From a virus: a stretch of DNA of 64,000 bases. Location: positions 9,811 to 73,810 of the IMG/VR virus record IMGVR_UViG_3300035670_000145; one strand, given 5' to 3'. The position numbers were made by a program, and so were the translations under genes. The notes under the pieces are model-generated. The model searched no databases and was not told the DNA's origin. It saw nothing but the letters and a program-made list of their open reading frames with translations. Positions 44,632 through 54,280 of this stretch are shown here, piece by piece. How positions within the stretch are numbered: the first letter of the stretch is position 1; every line of letters begins with the position of its first letter.

Positions 44632-45036
44632 ATGACTTACAAAGAAATGCACGAGCAGTGGAAGGCAGACGCAGCTCGCTGGCCAGAGGCCATCCTGGAA
44701 CTTCGCGCCAGGGTCGAGGCGCTGACAATTGCTAATACGGCACGAACAGTAGAAATCCTGTGCCTAACCAATGCTGTTGCCAATCAGGTGCCAGACAGAA
44801 CAAAACTGTTCGTGGATGCAATGGTTGACGACAATGATTATCAGCCATCTTCTAATTCCTCCCAAAATGGGAGTTCGCTGGTTGAGCGAGTGGAAGATGC
44901 TTTGATGCACGAAGTAGGCTTGCGCCCCATGGCTTGCGCCGCGATCCGCGAGGTGGCGGCGTGGATGACCAGCAATCCCGATGTTTACTTTCCACCTGCG
45001 CTTGTCTTTGCCCTTGAGCAAGAGACTGAGCGATGA
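44632..45036 (+). CDS. Hypothetical protein
   Basis: LELRARVEAL and AAIREVAAW modules. Confidence 0.6.
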   Translation: MTYKEMHEQWKADAARWPEAILELRARVEALTIANTARTVEILCLTNAVANQVPDRTKLFVDAMVDDNDYQPSSNSSQNGSSLVERVEDALMHEVGLRPMACAAIREVAAWMTSNPDVYFPPALVFALEQETER

Positions 45037-45257
45037 CCCCTGCCGAAGCTGGCTTCAATGGACAAACGCTGTACGGGCCAGAAGGGTTTGTATTTATGCT
45101 CAAGCGAGGCAACAAGCCTCCTAGTGACTATCCAGAGCATAAATTCGCTAAGCAGTTGATCTGGTATTGTCCGGAAAATCAAAATGCTTGCTTGCTTTGG
45201 TGCAATGCCGACAATCAATGGTTCAATCTGACTTTTTCTTTCATTGAAAAACCATGA
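45033..45257 (+). CDS. Hypothetical protein
   Basis: ATGA-coupled 74-aa ORF. Confidence 0.55.
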   Translation: MTPAEAGFNGQTLYGPEGFVFMLKRGNKPPSDYPEHKFAKQLIWYCPENQNACLLWCNADNQWFNLTFSFIEKP

Positions 45258-45598
45258 CAAAAGAATTTCCCATCACCCCACCACCAGAACTAATTGAAGA
45301 CTGGATTGAAATTGCTAAACCTGAACCGTGGAAGCGTCCGCCTGATCCAAATGTACTTTGTACGCTTGCCGCCCAATGGGGCGCAGACCAGGAGCTGGAG
45401 GCGTGCTGTGAGCTTATGGACCGCGCTTTCATGGCTGGTCCCTCCGACCTCCGAGCCGCCCGCCGCCCCAAGCCGCCGAGCTTGAAGAAGCAGGCGCTGG
45501 AAGCGTTCAAGCGTTTCACCAGCGGCAACAACGGCATAGTTGATGACATGCGAGACGGCGGCATCATCCGCCGCGCTTTGGAGTCAATTAATGACTAA
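45254..45598 (+). CDS. Paralog family protein (ITPPPEL / WGADQELEACC / RRPKPPSLK)
   Basis: Shares blocks with 45591..45971 and 50856..51203. Confidence 0.7.
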   Translation: MTKEFPITPPPELIEDWIEIAKPEPWKRPPDPNVLCTLAAQWGADQELEACCELMDRAFMAGPSDLRAARRPKPPSLKKQALEAFKRFTSGNNGIVDDMRDGGIIRRALESIND

Positions 45599-45971
45599 CA
45601 ACAAACAACATTCAATCACCCCACCGCCGGAGCTGGTGCAGCAGTGGATAACTGAATACACAGAAACCAAGGCAAACTGCCTCGGAACAGAGTTCATCGC
45701 TAGCCGCGCCGCACAATGGGGCTATCAGCAGGCCCAGCCGGAGAAGGCGCATTATTACATCGCCTGGATTTTGTTTGAGGCTGACGGCAAGCTCCGTCCA
45801 GAGGCGTTTGAGGTTTTGGCGGCCTGTGGAATAATCCCGGCCGCCCGCCACGGCAAGTCGTCGAACTTGAGGGAACAAGCGCTAGCGCTTTTAACCAAAA
45901 ACCCGTCGCGCATACCCAATGCACAGGAATGGGACACCATCCGCCGCGCACTGGAGCAACTTGATGACTGA
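45591..45971 (+). CDS. Paralog family protein
   Basis: ITPPPEL, AAQWG, LREQAL and IRRALE blocks. Confidence 0.65.
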   Translation: MTNNKQHSITPPPELVQQWITEYTETKANCLGTEFIASRAAQWGYQQAQPEKAHYYIAWILFEADGKLRPEAFEVLAACGIIPAARHGKSSNLREQALALLTKNPSRIPNAQEWDTIRRALEQLDD

Positions 45972-46329
45972 ACAACCCACTAACTGCATCACGTTTCACG
46001 AATCTGGCTACGAGCCAGGCAAAGAAGTCATCCGCCTCGACAAAGAAGGCTTCCACTACCGGGGCCAGTTTATTGCTGACGCTGGTGAAGCCCACCGCTT
46101 GATGGTGGAGTTTCTCAGGCAGCAGACCCAGTCAGAGCCGCAGGGGCCGACGGATGAGGAGCTGTTGGATCTCATGCCTAAAACCATGCGGGATGATTTC
46201 AGCTATGCGGCCAAGGTCAGTAGTGATGCGACTGGCGGCCAAGTCAAACCCGGCATTTTTCGCGTGGCGCTCAACACCGCAGCTCTGGAGTATGCCCAAG
46301 CCGTCCTTGCTCGCTGGGGGTGCCAATGA
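45964..46329 (+). CDS. Hypothetical protein
   Basis: PTDEELL ... A.AVLARWG modules. Confidence 0.6.
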   Translation: MTEQPTNCITFHESGYEPGKEVIRLDKEGFHYRGQFIADAGEAHRLMVEFLRQQTQSEPQGPTDEELLDLMPKTMRDDFSYAAKVSSDATGGQVKPGIFRVALNTAALEYAQAVLARWGCQ

Positions 46330-46553
46330 CTAACGACTCAATGTCCCCCGCTGCGCAAGCAGTGTTGGATGGCTTTCGTGCTGTGCCAAGTCTCATGGAT
46401 GCACCGTCTATTGCAGGTGCCCTGCGAGCTGCTGCGGATCAGGTGGTGCCGGAGGTTAGGACCCCGTGGAACTCCACCCTGACTCCTATGATTTCAGCAG
46501 GGGAAGTGCGCGCTTGCATCCTCGCCATCGCCGCCGAGCTGGAGAATCAATGA
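46326..46553 (+). CDS. Hypothetical protein
   Basis: SPAAQAVL ... ALRAAADQVVP ... LAIAAELE. Confidence 0.6.
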   Translation: MTNDSMSPAAQAVLDGFRAVPSLMDAPSIAGALRAAADQVVPEVRTPWNSTLTPMISAGEVRACILAIAAELENQ

Positions 46554-46925
46554 CTCAAGAAATGGACTACAAACGTGCCTATTTGGAAATCGTCGAAATC
46601 ATTTCGCCTCGCTTTCCAGAATGCAGTATCAGCACTATTGACTTAGTGCGTATGCTTGCTTTTGAAAACGACACTTTGCGCATTGCTCTTAAGCTTCCCC
46701 ATCCTTCCGACGTGGTTAAAGCCAACGAACAAAGAGAATCGTCCTTTGAAAAAGATTTCTTCTCATGACTCCTTCAGAAGAACCAAAGATCATTCGCCTT
46801 CCACGCAATGGCCCTAAGCCAGGGCAATCAACAAGCGCTTGGCTTTATGGAAAGCAACGTTCAGAAGAAAAAGCTCTTGAACGAGAACGATGGAAAAGCC
46901 TCAGGAAAGATGCTAGTTGACTCTT

Positions 46926-46948
46926 GCCCTCCTTTCGGAGGGCTTTTT
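46926..46948 (+). terminator. Intrinsic terminator
   Basis: GCCCTCC-TTTC-GGAGGGC-TTTTT. Confidence 0.8.
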
Positions 46949-46974
46949 ATTGCTTGAAAGCTTCACTCACTAGT

Positions 46975-48954
46975 TCAGAAAATATCTTCGAGCGCGGGCT
47001 CTTCGGCCACAGCAGGGACAATGGAAGCGGACGGAACAAAGGGCTCGTCATTGTCAAGGGGCTCTTCCCACTCCCAAGCATGGTAAAGACGCTGCTTTTC
47101 TCCATTGGGACCATTAATGAAACTACTAGTGATCAAGCCTTGGCGCCTGGCCACTTCGAGCATCTTACCAGTGGAGGAGGTTTCAAAATTGCCACAAAGC
47201 ATGGCTGCCTGCTGCTTCGTGAATCGTTCGGTCTTGCGCATGTTGATGGCATTGACCACCCTGTCAAGCTCCTCAAGACTGCCACCCATTGGTCCCGTAT
47301 AGCGCCAGCCATAATTAAGCGCATCACGCTGTAGCGAATGCTTGCCAGTGAGGCCGCTCCTGCTCTTCAGCCATTCGAGAATAAATTGATTGGGGTCGTA
47401 ATTTTGCTCGTCGCGGGTGAGCTTCACCACTTCGCTAACGTTGTCAACAAAACTAGTACTGTCTCGCAGGCCTCCGCTTTTGTTCAAATGGTGAAGAATG
47501 AGAATAGAACAGCGATAAGTGTTGGCAATATCCCTGAGGCCGTAAATTACATCACCAGCATTACTCTTAATCAAATCAACGTTCATGCCAGCAAGGCAAG
47601 CAGTGAGGGAGTCAATGGCAATAAACAAGGGGCGATGCTTTCTCACATGGTCCTCAAGCTGTTTCATGTGGGCGAAGCGCCAGTTCTCCCAGAAGCTGAT
47701 GGTGCCAGGAGCGAGGCCTGCATCTTCATAGCCAATCACGCCCAGCTTCTCGCTGGTGTCCACAAGAGGCTCGTCGCTTTGGATGATTAGGCTCTTGCCC
47801 TTCATGCACCTTCTGCCACTCCATGGCTGCCCCAGCGCCACGTTGAGAGCCCAGTTGTAAGCCACAGTACTCTTGCCGGTGCCGCCTGATGCGGCCAGGA
47901 GCATCACGCTTCCCAAGGGAATGATGCCAGCAATCAACCATTCTCTGGCCTTGTCAGAGCCTGCAATGGTGAGAGCGTCAATCGTTTCAATTTCTTCTCT
48001 GCCATAAATGCGAGCCTTGGCTTCATCAATGATTCTGTCAATGTTTTGTTGGCTCATCTTCAAGCCATGCTGTTCCATCCACAGCACGGTCTCGTAAGCC
48101 ACGCGAGCATCATTGGCATAAAGGCCAACAAAGTTTTCAATGGTGGAAACAATTTCTTCGTAAGAAGGTTTACCATCACGTCCTTTGTGACGACAGGCTC
48201 CAATGGAAGCAAGAAGATCGTCTTTAGTGGCACCCTCTTCGATGTAGTCAGCTAAGTCGTAGCCGTTGCCAGGCGGCAGATTGTCCCATTCCCAACTACG
48301 AGGGTCGGCATAGAGCCACTGCGCCCCTGGATTATCAGTGGCCACTTCTGCCATGAAGGCCACGCCTTGTTGATCCCTGTCAGGGCAAAGCACCACTTGT
48401 TTGTTACGAAACAAGCCGGAATAGTCTCCATTGGTGCGATATTGTTTGCTGCCTCCTAAGAAGGTCACGCAAGGAATGTCAAGAGCCCACACCGCTTGAC
48501 AAGTGAGTTCTCCTTCGACAATGAAAATGGGCAAGCCAGTTTCATTGCTCTTCTCCATCGCCTCTTTGTATTGAAAAGGCAAAACATTTGCCTTCACTTC
48601 TTGAAGCTGAGTTTTATGATTTTCGCTGGTTTTAATCGTCGGAAAGTCTTGCCAAATGCGCTTTGAGCCAGAGGAATCGTCACGATGGACAATAACTACT
48701 TCCTTGGCTTCGTTGTTGTAATAGGAGAAATGGTGCAGGCCGGCTTCGCGGGGTGGCTTCTCCCATCGAGAAAGGGGAGCAAGGGCGTCCCTGATTTCAG
48801 CCCTGTGCATTGGCGAGGGGTCGTGCCAGCAGTTGTAGCCGCCAGTCGTCTTGTTGACTGTAAAATCATTGCCGCCACACGCAGGGCAAACGAACTTGCC
48901 CGGCTCGTTACTGGGCTCGAGCTGCTCAAGGTGGTCAAGGATGGAGAACGCCAT
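46975..48954 (-). CDS. Primase-helicase (Zn-binding + TOPRIM + RepA/AAA_25-type helicase)
   Basis: CPACGG..C; IVEGE and PD.D TOPRIM motifs; Walker A GGTGKS, IDSL, LHHLNK. Confidence 0.9.
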   Translation of the reverse strand: MAFSILDHLEQLEPSNEPGKFVCPACGGNDFTVNKTTGGYNCWHDPSPMHRAEIRDALAPLSRWEKPPREAGLHHFSYYNNEAKEVVIVHRDDSSGSKRIWQDFPTIKTSENHKTQLQEVKANVLPFQYKEAMEKSNETGLPIFIVEGELTCQAVWALDIPCVTFLGGSKQYRTNGDYSGLFRNKQVVLCPDRDQQGVAFMAEVATDNPGAQWLYADPRSWEWDNLPPGNGYDLADYIEEGATKDDLLASIGACRHKGRDGKPSYEEIVSTIENFVGLYANDARVAYETVLWMEQHGLKMSQQNIDRIIDEAKARIYGREEIETIDALTIAGSDKAREWLIAGIIPLGSVMLLAASGGTGKSTVAYNWALNVALGQPWSGRRCMKGKSLIIQSDEPLVDTSEKLGVIGYEDAGLAPGTISFWENWRFAHMKQLEDHVRKHRPLFIAIDSLTACLAGMNVDLIKSNAGDVIYGLRDIANTYRCSILILHHLNKSGGLRDSTSFVDNVSEVVKLTRDEQNYDPNQFILEWLKSRSGLTGKHSLQRDALNYGWRYTGPMGGSLEELDRVVNAINMRKTERFTKQQAAMLCGNFETSSTGKMLEVARRQGLITSSFINGPNGEKQRLYHAWEWEEPLDNDEPFVPSASIVPAVAEEPALEDIF

Positions 48955-49118
48955 TCAGCGGCAAGAGGGGAAGCGCCCTCTATCATGGCAGTCCTAGCCA
49001 CTGGCTGCAAGCGAAATAGCTGATGCTTAAGGCGCTGTTCATAAGCAACGCTAATCGTTCAAGGCCTTGTGCAAGGGCATTGTGGGCTTAAACTCAGGGA
49101 GTCCTTCGCCAATGGCCA

Positions 49119-49346
49119 TTGCCAAAAAGCCTTTACAAGGGCGGCAAAAAGCGTCGCCACTTTACGCTTTCGGACCAAGCCCATGAGCATCTGTGCCGAT
49201 TGGCACAAGAAGCTGGCATTTCCAAAAGCGAAGCCGTTGAGCGCCTCGTGCGCTGTCAACATCTTTCCGAAGGTCGCTTCACTCTTTCTGATGAAGTGTG
49301 GCCTGAAGTGACTGACTTTTCTCTTTCTTCTTATGAAACTCTCTAA
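49119..49346 (+). CDS. Ribbon-helix-helix regulator
   Basis: FTLSD.A...L..LA...GISKSE.VE.LVR; divergent from the primase gene. Confidence 0.75.
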   Translation: MPKSLYKGGKKRRHFTLSDQAHEHLCRLAQEAGISKSEAVERLVRCQHLSEGRFTLSDEVWPEVTDFSLSSYETL

Positions 49347-49575
49347 ACTTCGTGCATTGTGCGACAAAGCCATTGAAAAACATGGCGACATGGAAGTCGG
49401 CTCTTATGACAAAGATTATGCCTACGACATTGACAGTGCTTCCGATATGAATTCAATCAAGCTTCGCATTTTAAGCACTTCTGGTTCGTTGCCTGGTGAA
49501 TCCATGGATGGAGACGAAGAAGAAGCCTCTGGCACTCCCGCTTCTCACTTTGCTTGCATTTTTTACGAGGGTTGA
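49333..49575 (+). CDS. Hypothetical acidic protein
   Basis: MKLS.L......HGD.EV; weakly similar to the next ORF. Confidence 0.6.
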   Translation: MKLSKLRALCDKAIEKHGDMEVGSYDKDYAYDIDSASDMNSIKLRILSTSGSLPGESMDGDEEEASGTPASHFACIFYEG

Positions 49576-49578
49576 ATT

Positions 49579-49842
49579 ATGAAACTCGCCGCCTTGATTG
49601 ACACCCTGGACAAAGCTCGCCACCAGGCGGGCAATGATGCGGAAGTGTTTCTTTGCTTTGAAGAAACTGCTCTTGACGAAGGCTACGACGAAGCCTCCAC
49701 TGAAGGCATTAGCGACATTCGTCTTTTAGAAGACTGGCCGCTCCCCGGCAAAAGCTTGTGCTTTACAGAAGGCGAAAAAGCTCAAAAGGTGGTCATCTTT
49801 TATGACAACCATTACAAGCTTGACTCTGCCAAGCAAGCATGA
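49579..49842 (+). CDS. Hypothetical acidic protein
   Basis: MKL..L; LPG.S and IFY shared with the previous ORF. Confidence 0.6.
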   Translation: MKLAALIDTLDKARHQAGNDAEVFLCFEETALDEGYDEASTEGISDIRLLEDWPLPGKSLCFTEGEKAQKVVIFYDNHYKLDSAKQA

Positions 49843-50774
49843 ATTCTTCTCTTCTCTTTTACGATCCTGCCCATTTCCAAAACATGACTTTGCCCGTTAC
49901 TGCCGTAAACGAAGCCATGCTCACTGAGCGCATGCTTGGCCATTTTTCGCCCCTTGACATTTCTCCTGAAGCCTTCAAGAAAGCTTACGAACTTCCCATT
50001 GGCGATCACGTTGAGAAGAACTACAAAGGGCTGTCCTATCTGTCTTGGCCTTTTGCCTTCCGCTACCTTAACGAACAATTTCCTGGCGTGTTCGTGGCCT
50101 TTGAAGAAAAGGAAGCTGGTTGGCCAGTATTTGGCCGAGACGGCTGCTGGCTGCTGCGTCCTTATTTGACGGACGGCATTAGACGCACTCCTGCGTTGGT
50201 GTTTCCCGTGATGGACAACAAGCACAACGCAGTGAAGGAGCTGGATGCTCGTCAAGTGAGCGACAACATCCAACGTGCCAGTGTTAAATGCATTGCCACT
50301 TTCACTGGCCTTGGTCTGAAGCTCTACGCAGGGGAGGATGTTCCCAAGGCAGATGACGCCCCATCACTGCCTCTTCAGCAAGAAGCCCCAAAGCCTGCCC
50401 CTGCGGCCAAAACGGCTGCACCTTCGCCCAAGGAGGATATTGGTGGCATTTCTGAGGGAGGGTTCAATGGTAAAGAGGCATTGCTGACTTTCTGCAAAGC
50501 CAATCCTCTCGGCAAAGCTGATGAGCGTGCAAGTCTGATGCTGGGCAAGAATGCGCTGCAGGCCCTTGGCCTGGCGAAAGGCGAAGACATTCAGGATGCT
50601 GAAATGTTTGCCAATGTCATCAGCACCATGGTCACCTCATGGACAAAGGAAGAAGGCATCAAGATTACAAAGGTGGCAATGGCAAAAGAAATTGATTGCC
50701 TGCGTGCCGCTTGTCTTGATGGAGCTGATGCTGCCATTGAATGGGTCAAGGCATATGTGGAGGGAAAAAAGTAG
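49839..50774 (+). CDS. Single-strand annealing protein (DUF1071/Sak3-like)
   Basis: VEK...LSYLSW..A, PVMD...N, QR..VK.IA..GLGL.LY.GED.P. Confidence 0.85.
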   Translation: MNSSLLFYDPAHFQNMTLPVTAVNEAMLTERMLGHFSPLDISPEAFKKAYELPIGDHVEKNYKGLSYLSWPFAFRYLNEQFPGVFVAFEEKEAGWPVFGRDGCWLLRPYLTDGIRRTPALVFPVMDNKHNAVKELDARQVSDNIQRASVKCIATFTGLGLKLYAGEDVPKADDAPSLPLQQEAPKPAPAAKTAAPSPKEDIGGISEGGFNGKEALLTFCKANPLGKADERASLMLGKNALQALGLAKGEDIQDAEMFANVISTMVTSWTKEEGIKITKVAMAKEIDCLRAACLDGADAAIEWVKAYVEGKK

Positions 50775-50855
50775 ATAGAGCAGCAGCCAGGCTCGCAAGA
50801 AGTTTTGCGGGCCTGATTGCCTGCGACGAAGACGGAAATCCTCTCGATGAACGCC

Positions 50856-51203
50856 ATGAATCATTCTCATCCCATCAACCCTCCATCATTGGCAATAATT
50901 AAAAAATGGATCATTGATAACGGACTTACTGTATCAATCGCAGAGGCGTCTGCCATCGCATCGCTAGCGTCTCGCCTTGGCGCTGACCAAGAGCTAGAAG
51001 CCTGTTGTAAGTGGCTTGACGAGTATCTTCTGGCACCCAAGGGAGCACAGCTCCGCGTCGCCCGCCGTCCTAAGAAGCCAAGCCTAAGAGAGCAGGCGCT
51101 GCTTGCCATCGACACCGCTGTTACTGATGGACGCTTGTCTTCCGAGGTGAGCGACTTAGTCCGCTGTGCCTTTGACAAACTGGAGACAATGCCCCGTGAT
51201 TGA
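50856..51203 (+). CDS. Paralog family protein
   Basis: GADQELEACC.WL and RRPK.PSLREQAL. Confidence 0.7.
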   Translation: MNHSHPINPPSLAIIKKWIIDNGLTVSIAEASAIASLASRLGADQELEACCKWLDEYLLAPKGAQLRVARRPKKPSLREQALLAIDTAVTDGRLSSEVSDLVRCAFDKLETMPRD

Positions 51204-51382
51204 CGCAGTCATCCAGGTTAGGGTTCAAGGGTTTGAATGGCCATCAGTGCTTGGCCACTACAGTTTGATGGGTCCAGTCAACAGGCTAGGCTCTTGGCGC
51301 TGGTATGAACGCAAGTTTGACGGGATGACTCAGCGAGTCAAAGTTAATCATCTTCTTGAGCCGATCGACCTAAGAGCATTTT

Positions 51383-51634
51383 GTGATGACTCGTTTTGAT
51401 GAGCTGCAACATTGCCCTGAATGCGGCAGTCTCTGGCACGACCAGCCGATTCCAGGAGAAAGCCGTCATTTATTTGGCGGCTCCAAATGGTTCAGTCGCG
51501 TGATTCTCCTGTCGTCGTGGGAGACAGACCGTGGCTTTGCCTATCAATGCCCAGACTGCGGCACCACTTGGGACCGTGGCACTGGCGCGATTATTGACCA
51601 TCCCAAAGTAAGCCTTTCGTTTCCCCGACCATGA
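51383..51634 (+). CDS. Zn-ribbon protein
   Basis: CPECG ... CPDCG. Confidence 0.65.
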   Translation: MMTRFDELQHCPECGSLWHDQPIPGESRHLFGGSKWFSRVILLSSWETDRGFAYQCPDCGTTWDRGTGAIIDHPKVSLSFPRP

Positions 51635-51762
51635 AAATCGTTCTCATTTTCTTCTGCTTTTTGCCCATCGCTGCTGCAGCTTGCAATCAGCCCATCATCA
51701 AAAACGGCTCTTGCCCGCTTGGCTACTACAGCTCCGGCGGCTATTGCATTCCTAGTCGTTGA
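51631..51762 (+). CDS. Small exported Cys-rich peptide, possible lipoprotein (not in ORF track)
   Basis: MKIVLIFFCFLPIAAAAC-NQPIIKNGSCPLGYYSSGGYCIPSR*; ATGA-coupled. Confidence 0.6.
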   Translation: MKIVLIFFCFLPIAAAACNQPIIKNGSCPLGYYSSGGYCIPSR

Positions 51763-51802
51763 CGGTACAGTGGCTTGTCTAGACCTTTGTTTGGCAGCCA
51801 TC

Positions 51803-52567
51803 GTGCCTTCGTTTGAGCAGTTTGAGCCGAAGCGCATCAGCCTCAACGGCAAACGCCACTACATCAACGAAGGGTTTCCCAATGTGCCGGAGGGTATCGT
51901 CCTACCTTCCGTCACTACTTTCCTTTCGGCCATGGCTCCCGTGGCCAAGGTGATGGCCCTGATTAACTGGCGCAAGCGTGTGGGGGCTGATGAAGCTAAT
52001 CGCCGCACTCGCCTTGCAGCCAATCGTGGCACCTGGATGCACGGCGTGCTGGAAGATCATTTCGATGGGGAAGATATTGAGCACCACCTTGACAAAGCTC
52101 CCGACTGGCGTCCCTACTTTGAAGCAGTAGAGCCATTCTTGGAAGGCATTCAAGAGCCGCTGCTAGTGGAGAGTGCCGTGGCCTGGTATGACGCCGGCCT
52201 TGGCATTGGCTACTCAGGCACGCTCGATATGGTGGCGCAAATGACCGGCGGCGCCATTGCTCTGGTCGATTGGAAGACCAGCTACAAGGAAAAGCCTGAC
52301 TACCAACTGGCCGACTACAAGCGGCAGCTAGGTGCCTATTCCATGGCAGTAGAGCAAATGTATCAGCAGCCCATTGACGAGGCATGGTGCGTTATTGCCT
52401 GCTACGACCCCGAAAACGAAGAAAGCGAACCATCATTGCAGCTCGTCCACCTTGACGGCTTTGAGCTGATCAACCAGCAGCGCATCACGGCAGACATTGT
52501 GAAGAGATATTTCAAAGACCACTACCCAGGAGGCAAGGCATTTGCGCTCACCATGGATAGGGGGTAA
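51803..52567 (+). CDS. PD-(D/E)XK exonuclease
   Basis: PSVTT.L, RGT.MH..LE, E, G.LD, DWKT, QL.AY motifs. Confidence 0.88.
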   Translation: MPSFEQFEPKRISLNGKRHYINEGFPNVPEGIVLPSVTTFLSAMAPVAKVMALINWRKRVGADEANRRTRLAANRGTWMHGVLEDHFDGEDIEHHLDKAPDWRPYFEAVEPFLEGIQEPLLVESAVAWYDAGLGIGYSGTLDMVAQMTGGAIALVDWKTSYKEKPDYQLADYKRQLGAYSMAVEQMYQQPIDEAWCVIACYDPENEESEPSLQLVHLDGFELINQQRITADIVKRYFKDHYPGGKAFALTMDRG

Positions 52568-52614
52568 GATTGGCAGGCCCACAAAGGGCTCCATCACTCC
52601 TCAGGAGAAACACC

Positions 52615-52866
52615 ATGGCTGGAAAGCCTCCAATCACTGCTGCTATCGACCTCACGGTTGACGTTCTGAAGGCCCTTAAGGAAGCAGGCCCCAACGAGCG
52701 CGGCAACTATTCCCTCGACATGGCTGTCTGGCCGAACGAGCGCAAGACTTCCGACCGTGCCCCTGGCTTCACCGGCTCCGTCAAGGTGAAAGGCCAGAAG
52801 GAAGGCGCCAAGGGCTATGCCAGTCTTTGGGACAATCGCGAAGGCGGTTCTGACGATCTGTTCTGA
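52615..52866 (+). CDS. Putative ssDNA-binding protein
   Basis: W.N......P.F.G.V and acidic DDLF tail; next to the exonuclease and annealase genes. Confidence 0.55.
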   Translation: MAGKPPITAAIDLTVDVLKALKEAGPNERGNYSLDMAVWPNERKTSDRAPGFTGSVKVKGQKEGAKGYASLWDNREGGSDDLF

Positions 52867-52868
52867 CC

Positions 52869-53270
52869 ATGAGATATGATCGCGAATTTCCCGTCATGGC
52901 AGTAGTCACTGTCACGGGAGTTGTATTGGTCGCCTTTTTCTTGATTGGCGGTCCCCAATACAACGTATGGAGGGAAAGCCTCAATGGCAAGGCTGAACTT
53001 CAAAAGGCTGAATACACGCGGCAAGTAGCCGTTCTCGAGGCTCAAGCAAAAATGGATTCCGCATCCAGGCTTGCAGAAGCTGAAGTTGAACGGGCCAAGG
53101 GCGTTGCTGAAGCCAATCGCATTATTGGCGATAGCCTTAAGGACAATCCTCGCTACCTCCAATACTTGTACATTACAGGCCTTCAAGAAGGCAGCGAAAA
53201 AGGCAATCGTACCATTTTTGTCCCCACGGAAGGTGGCATGCCAGTGCCTACGCTGGACGCCAGCAAATGA
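52869..53270 (+). CDS. Membrane-anchored coiled-coil protein (SPFH/band-7-like C-terminus)
   Basis: N-terminal TM helix; RA.G.AEAN.I...SL...YL.Y..I; VPTE..MP. Confidence 0.7.
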   Translation: MRYDREFPVMAVVTVTGVVLVAFFLIGGPQYNVWRESLNGKAELQKAEYTRQVAVLEAQAKMDSASRLAEAEVERAKGVAEANRIIGDSLKDNPRYLQYLYITGLQEGSEKGNRTIFVPTEGGMPVPTLDASK

Positions 53271-53274
53271 CCAC

Positions 53275-53297
53275 AAGGGGCTTCGGCCCCTTTCTTT
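53275..53297 (+). terminator. Intrinsic terminator
   Basis: AAGGGGC-TTCG-GCCCCTT followed by a T-rich tract. Confidence 0.7.
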
Positions 53298-53312
53298 CTC
53301 TTCATTAAAACC

Positions 53313-53900
53313 ATGCTTCTCACTGATAAAGAAATCAGCAAACTTGCTGAAAACGACTTGCTCATGCCCTATGTGGGCGAAAAGCGGCGCAGGCTTGATA
53401 ATGGCATCAAAGCCATTTCCTACGGGCTTTCGCAAGCTGGTTATGACATTCGGCTTTCGGACAAGCAATTTCTGGTGTTTAATGGGAAAGCATACAGGGC
53501 TGCAGATCGCCCCATTCTCGATCCCAAAATGCTCGATTGCCAGCCTTACGAAGCTGTGTTGAATCATGGCGACGGAGAGTCTTGGTACATCCTGCCTCCC
53601 CATAGCTTTGGGCTTGGCGTGAGCGTAGAGCGCTTTACCATGCCCAACGATGTGTTTGCCTTGTGCGAGGGCAAAAGCACTTATGGGCGCATTGGTTTGA
53701 TTGCCAACATTCTTCCCATTGAGCCTGGCTGGACTGGTTATTTGACAATGTGCTTGGTCAATCCCACTTCTTTTCCGTTGAAGCTCTATGTCAACGAAGG
53801 TATTGCACAAATTGTCTTCTTTCGCTGTGGCACTGTTGACAAGCCCTACGAGGGACACTATCAAGACCAAGGCGCTAGGGTACAGCTAGCTGCCGTATAG
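53313..53900 (+). CDS. dcd: dCTP deaminase
   Basis: ISYGLS..GYDIR, GKSTY.R.G, EPGW.G.LT, NEGIAQ, YQ.Q. Confidence 0.93.
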   Translation: MLLTDKEISKLAENDLLMPYVGEKRRRLDNGIKAISYGLSQAGYDIRLSDKQFLVFNGKAYRAADRPILDPKMLDCQPYEAVLNHGDGESWYILPPHSFGLGVSVERFTMPNDVFALCEGKSTYGRIGLIANILPIEPGWTGYLTMCLVNPTSFPLKLYVNEGIAQIVFFRCGTVDKPYEGHYQDQGARVQLAAV

Positions 53901-53902
53901 CT

Positions 53903-54280
53903 TTGAGCGCTCTTGAAGATCAATTCCTGAGCCTCTGGCAGGCGCATTATCCTCAGCTTTCTCTAGAGCGAGAATATAGCGACATTGAAGCTTGGGAAAA
54001 AGATTTTCAAGAGCGTTATTCCCGCAGTAAACGTTCAAAAAGGTATCGTCTTGACTTTGCTCACCCCGACTCTCGCATTGGCATCGAAATACAGGGTGGT
54101 GTTTATAATCGTGGCCGCCACGTCACTGGCTCTGGCTATGAGCGAGATTGCCGCAAGTATAATCTCGCCTACACGAGCGGTTGGACGATTTTTCTGCTCA
54201 CTTCTACCATGGCCAAAGACTCCGCCTGGCTTTCGATGATTGCTGAGCATATTGCTGCACAGCTTCAGCGGCCTCGTTAA
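53903..54280 (+). CDS. Vsr/DUF559-like endonuclease
   Basis: YR.DFA....IEI.GG...GRH.....D..KYN....GW. Confidence 0.8.
   Translation: MSALEDQFLSLWQAHYPQLSLEREYSDIEAWEKDFQERYSRSKRSKRYRLDFAHPDSRIGIEIQGGVYNRGRHVTGSGYERDCRKYNLAYTSGWTIFLLTSTMAKDSAWLSMIAEHIAAQLQRPR

Noticed and set aside
52815-53870. 351-aa minus-strand ORF
   Set aside because: Antisense to dcd and the membrane-protein gene, which have clear motifs
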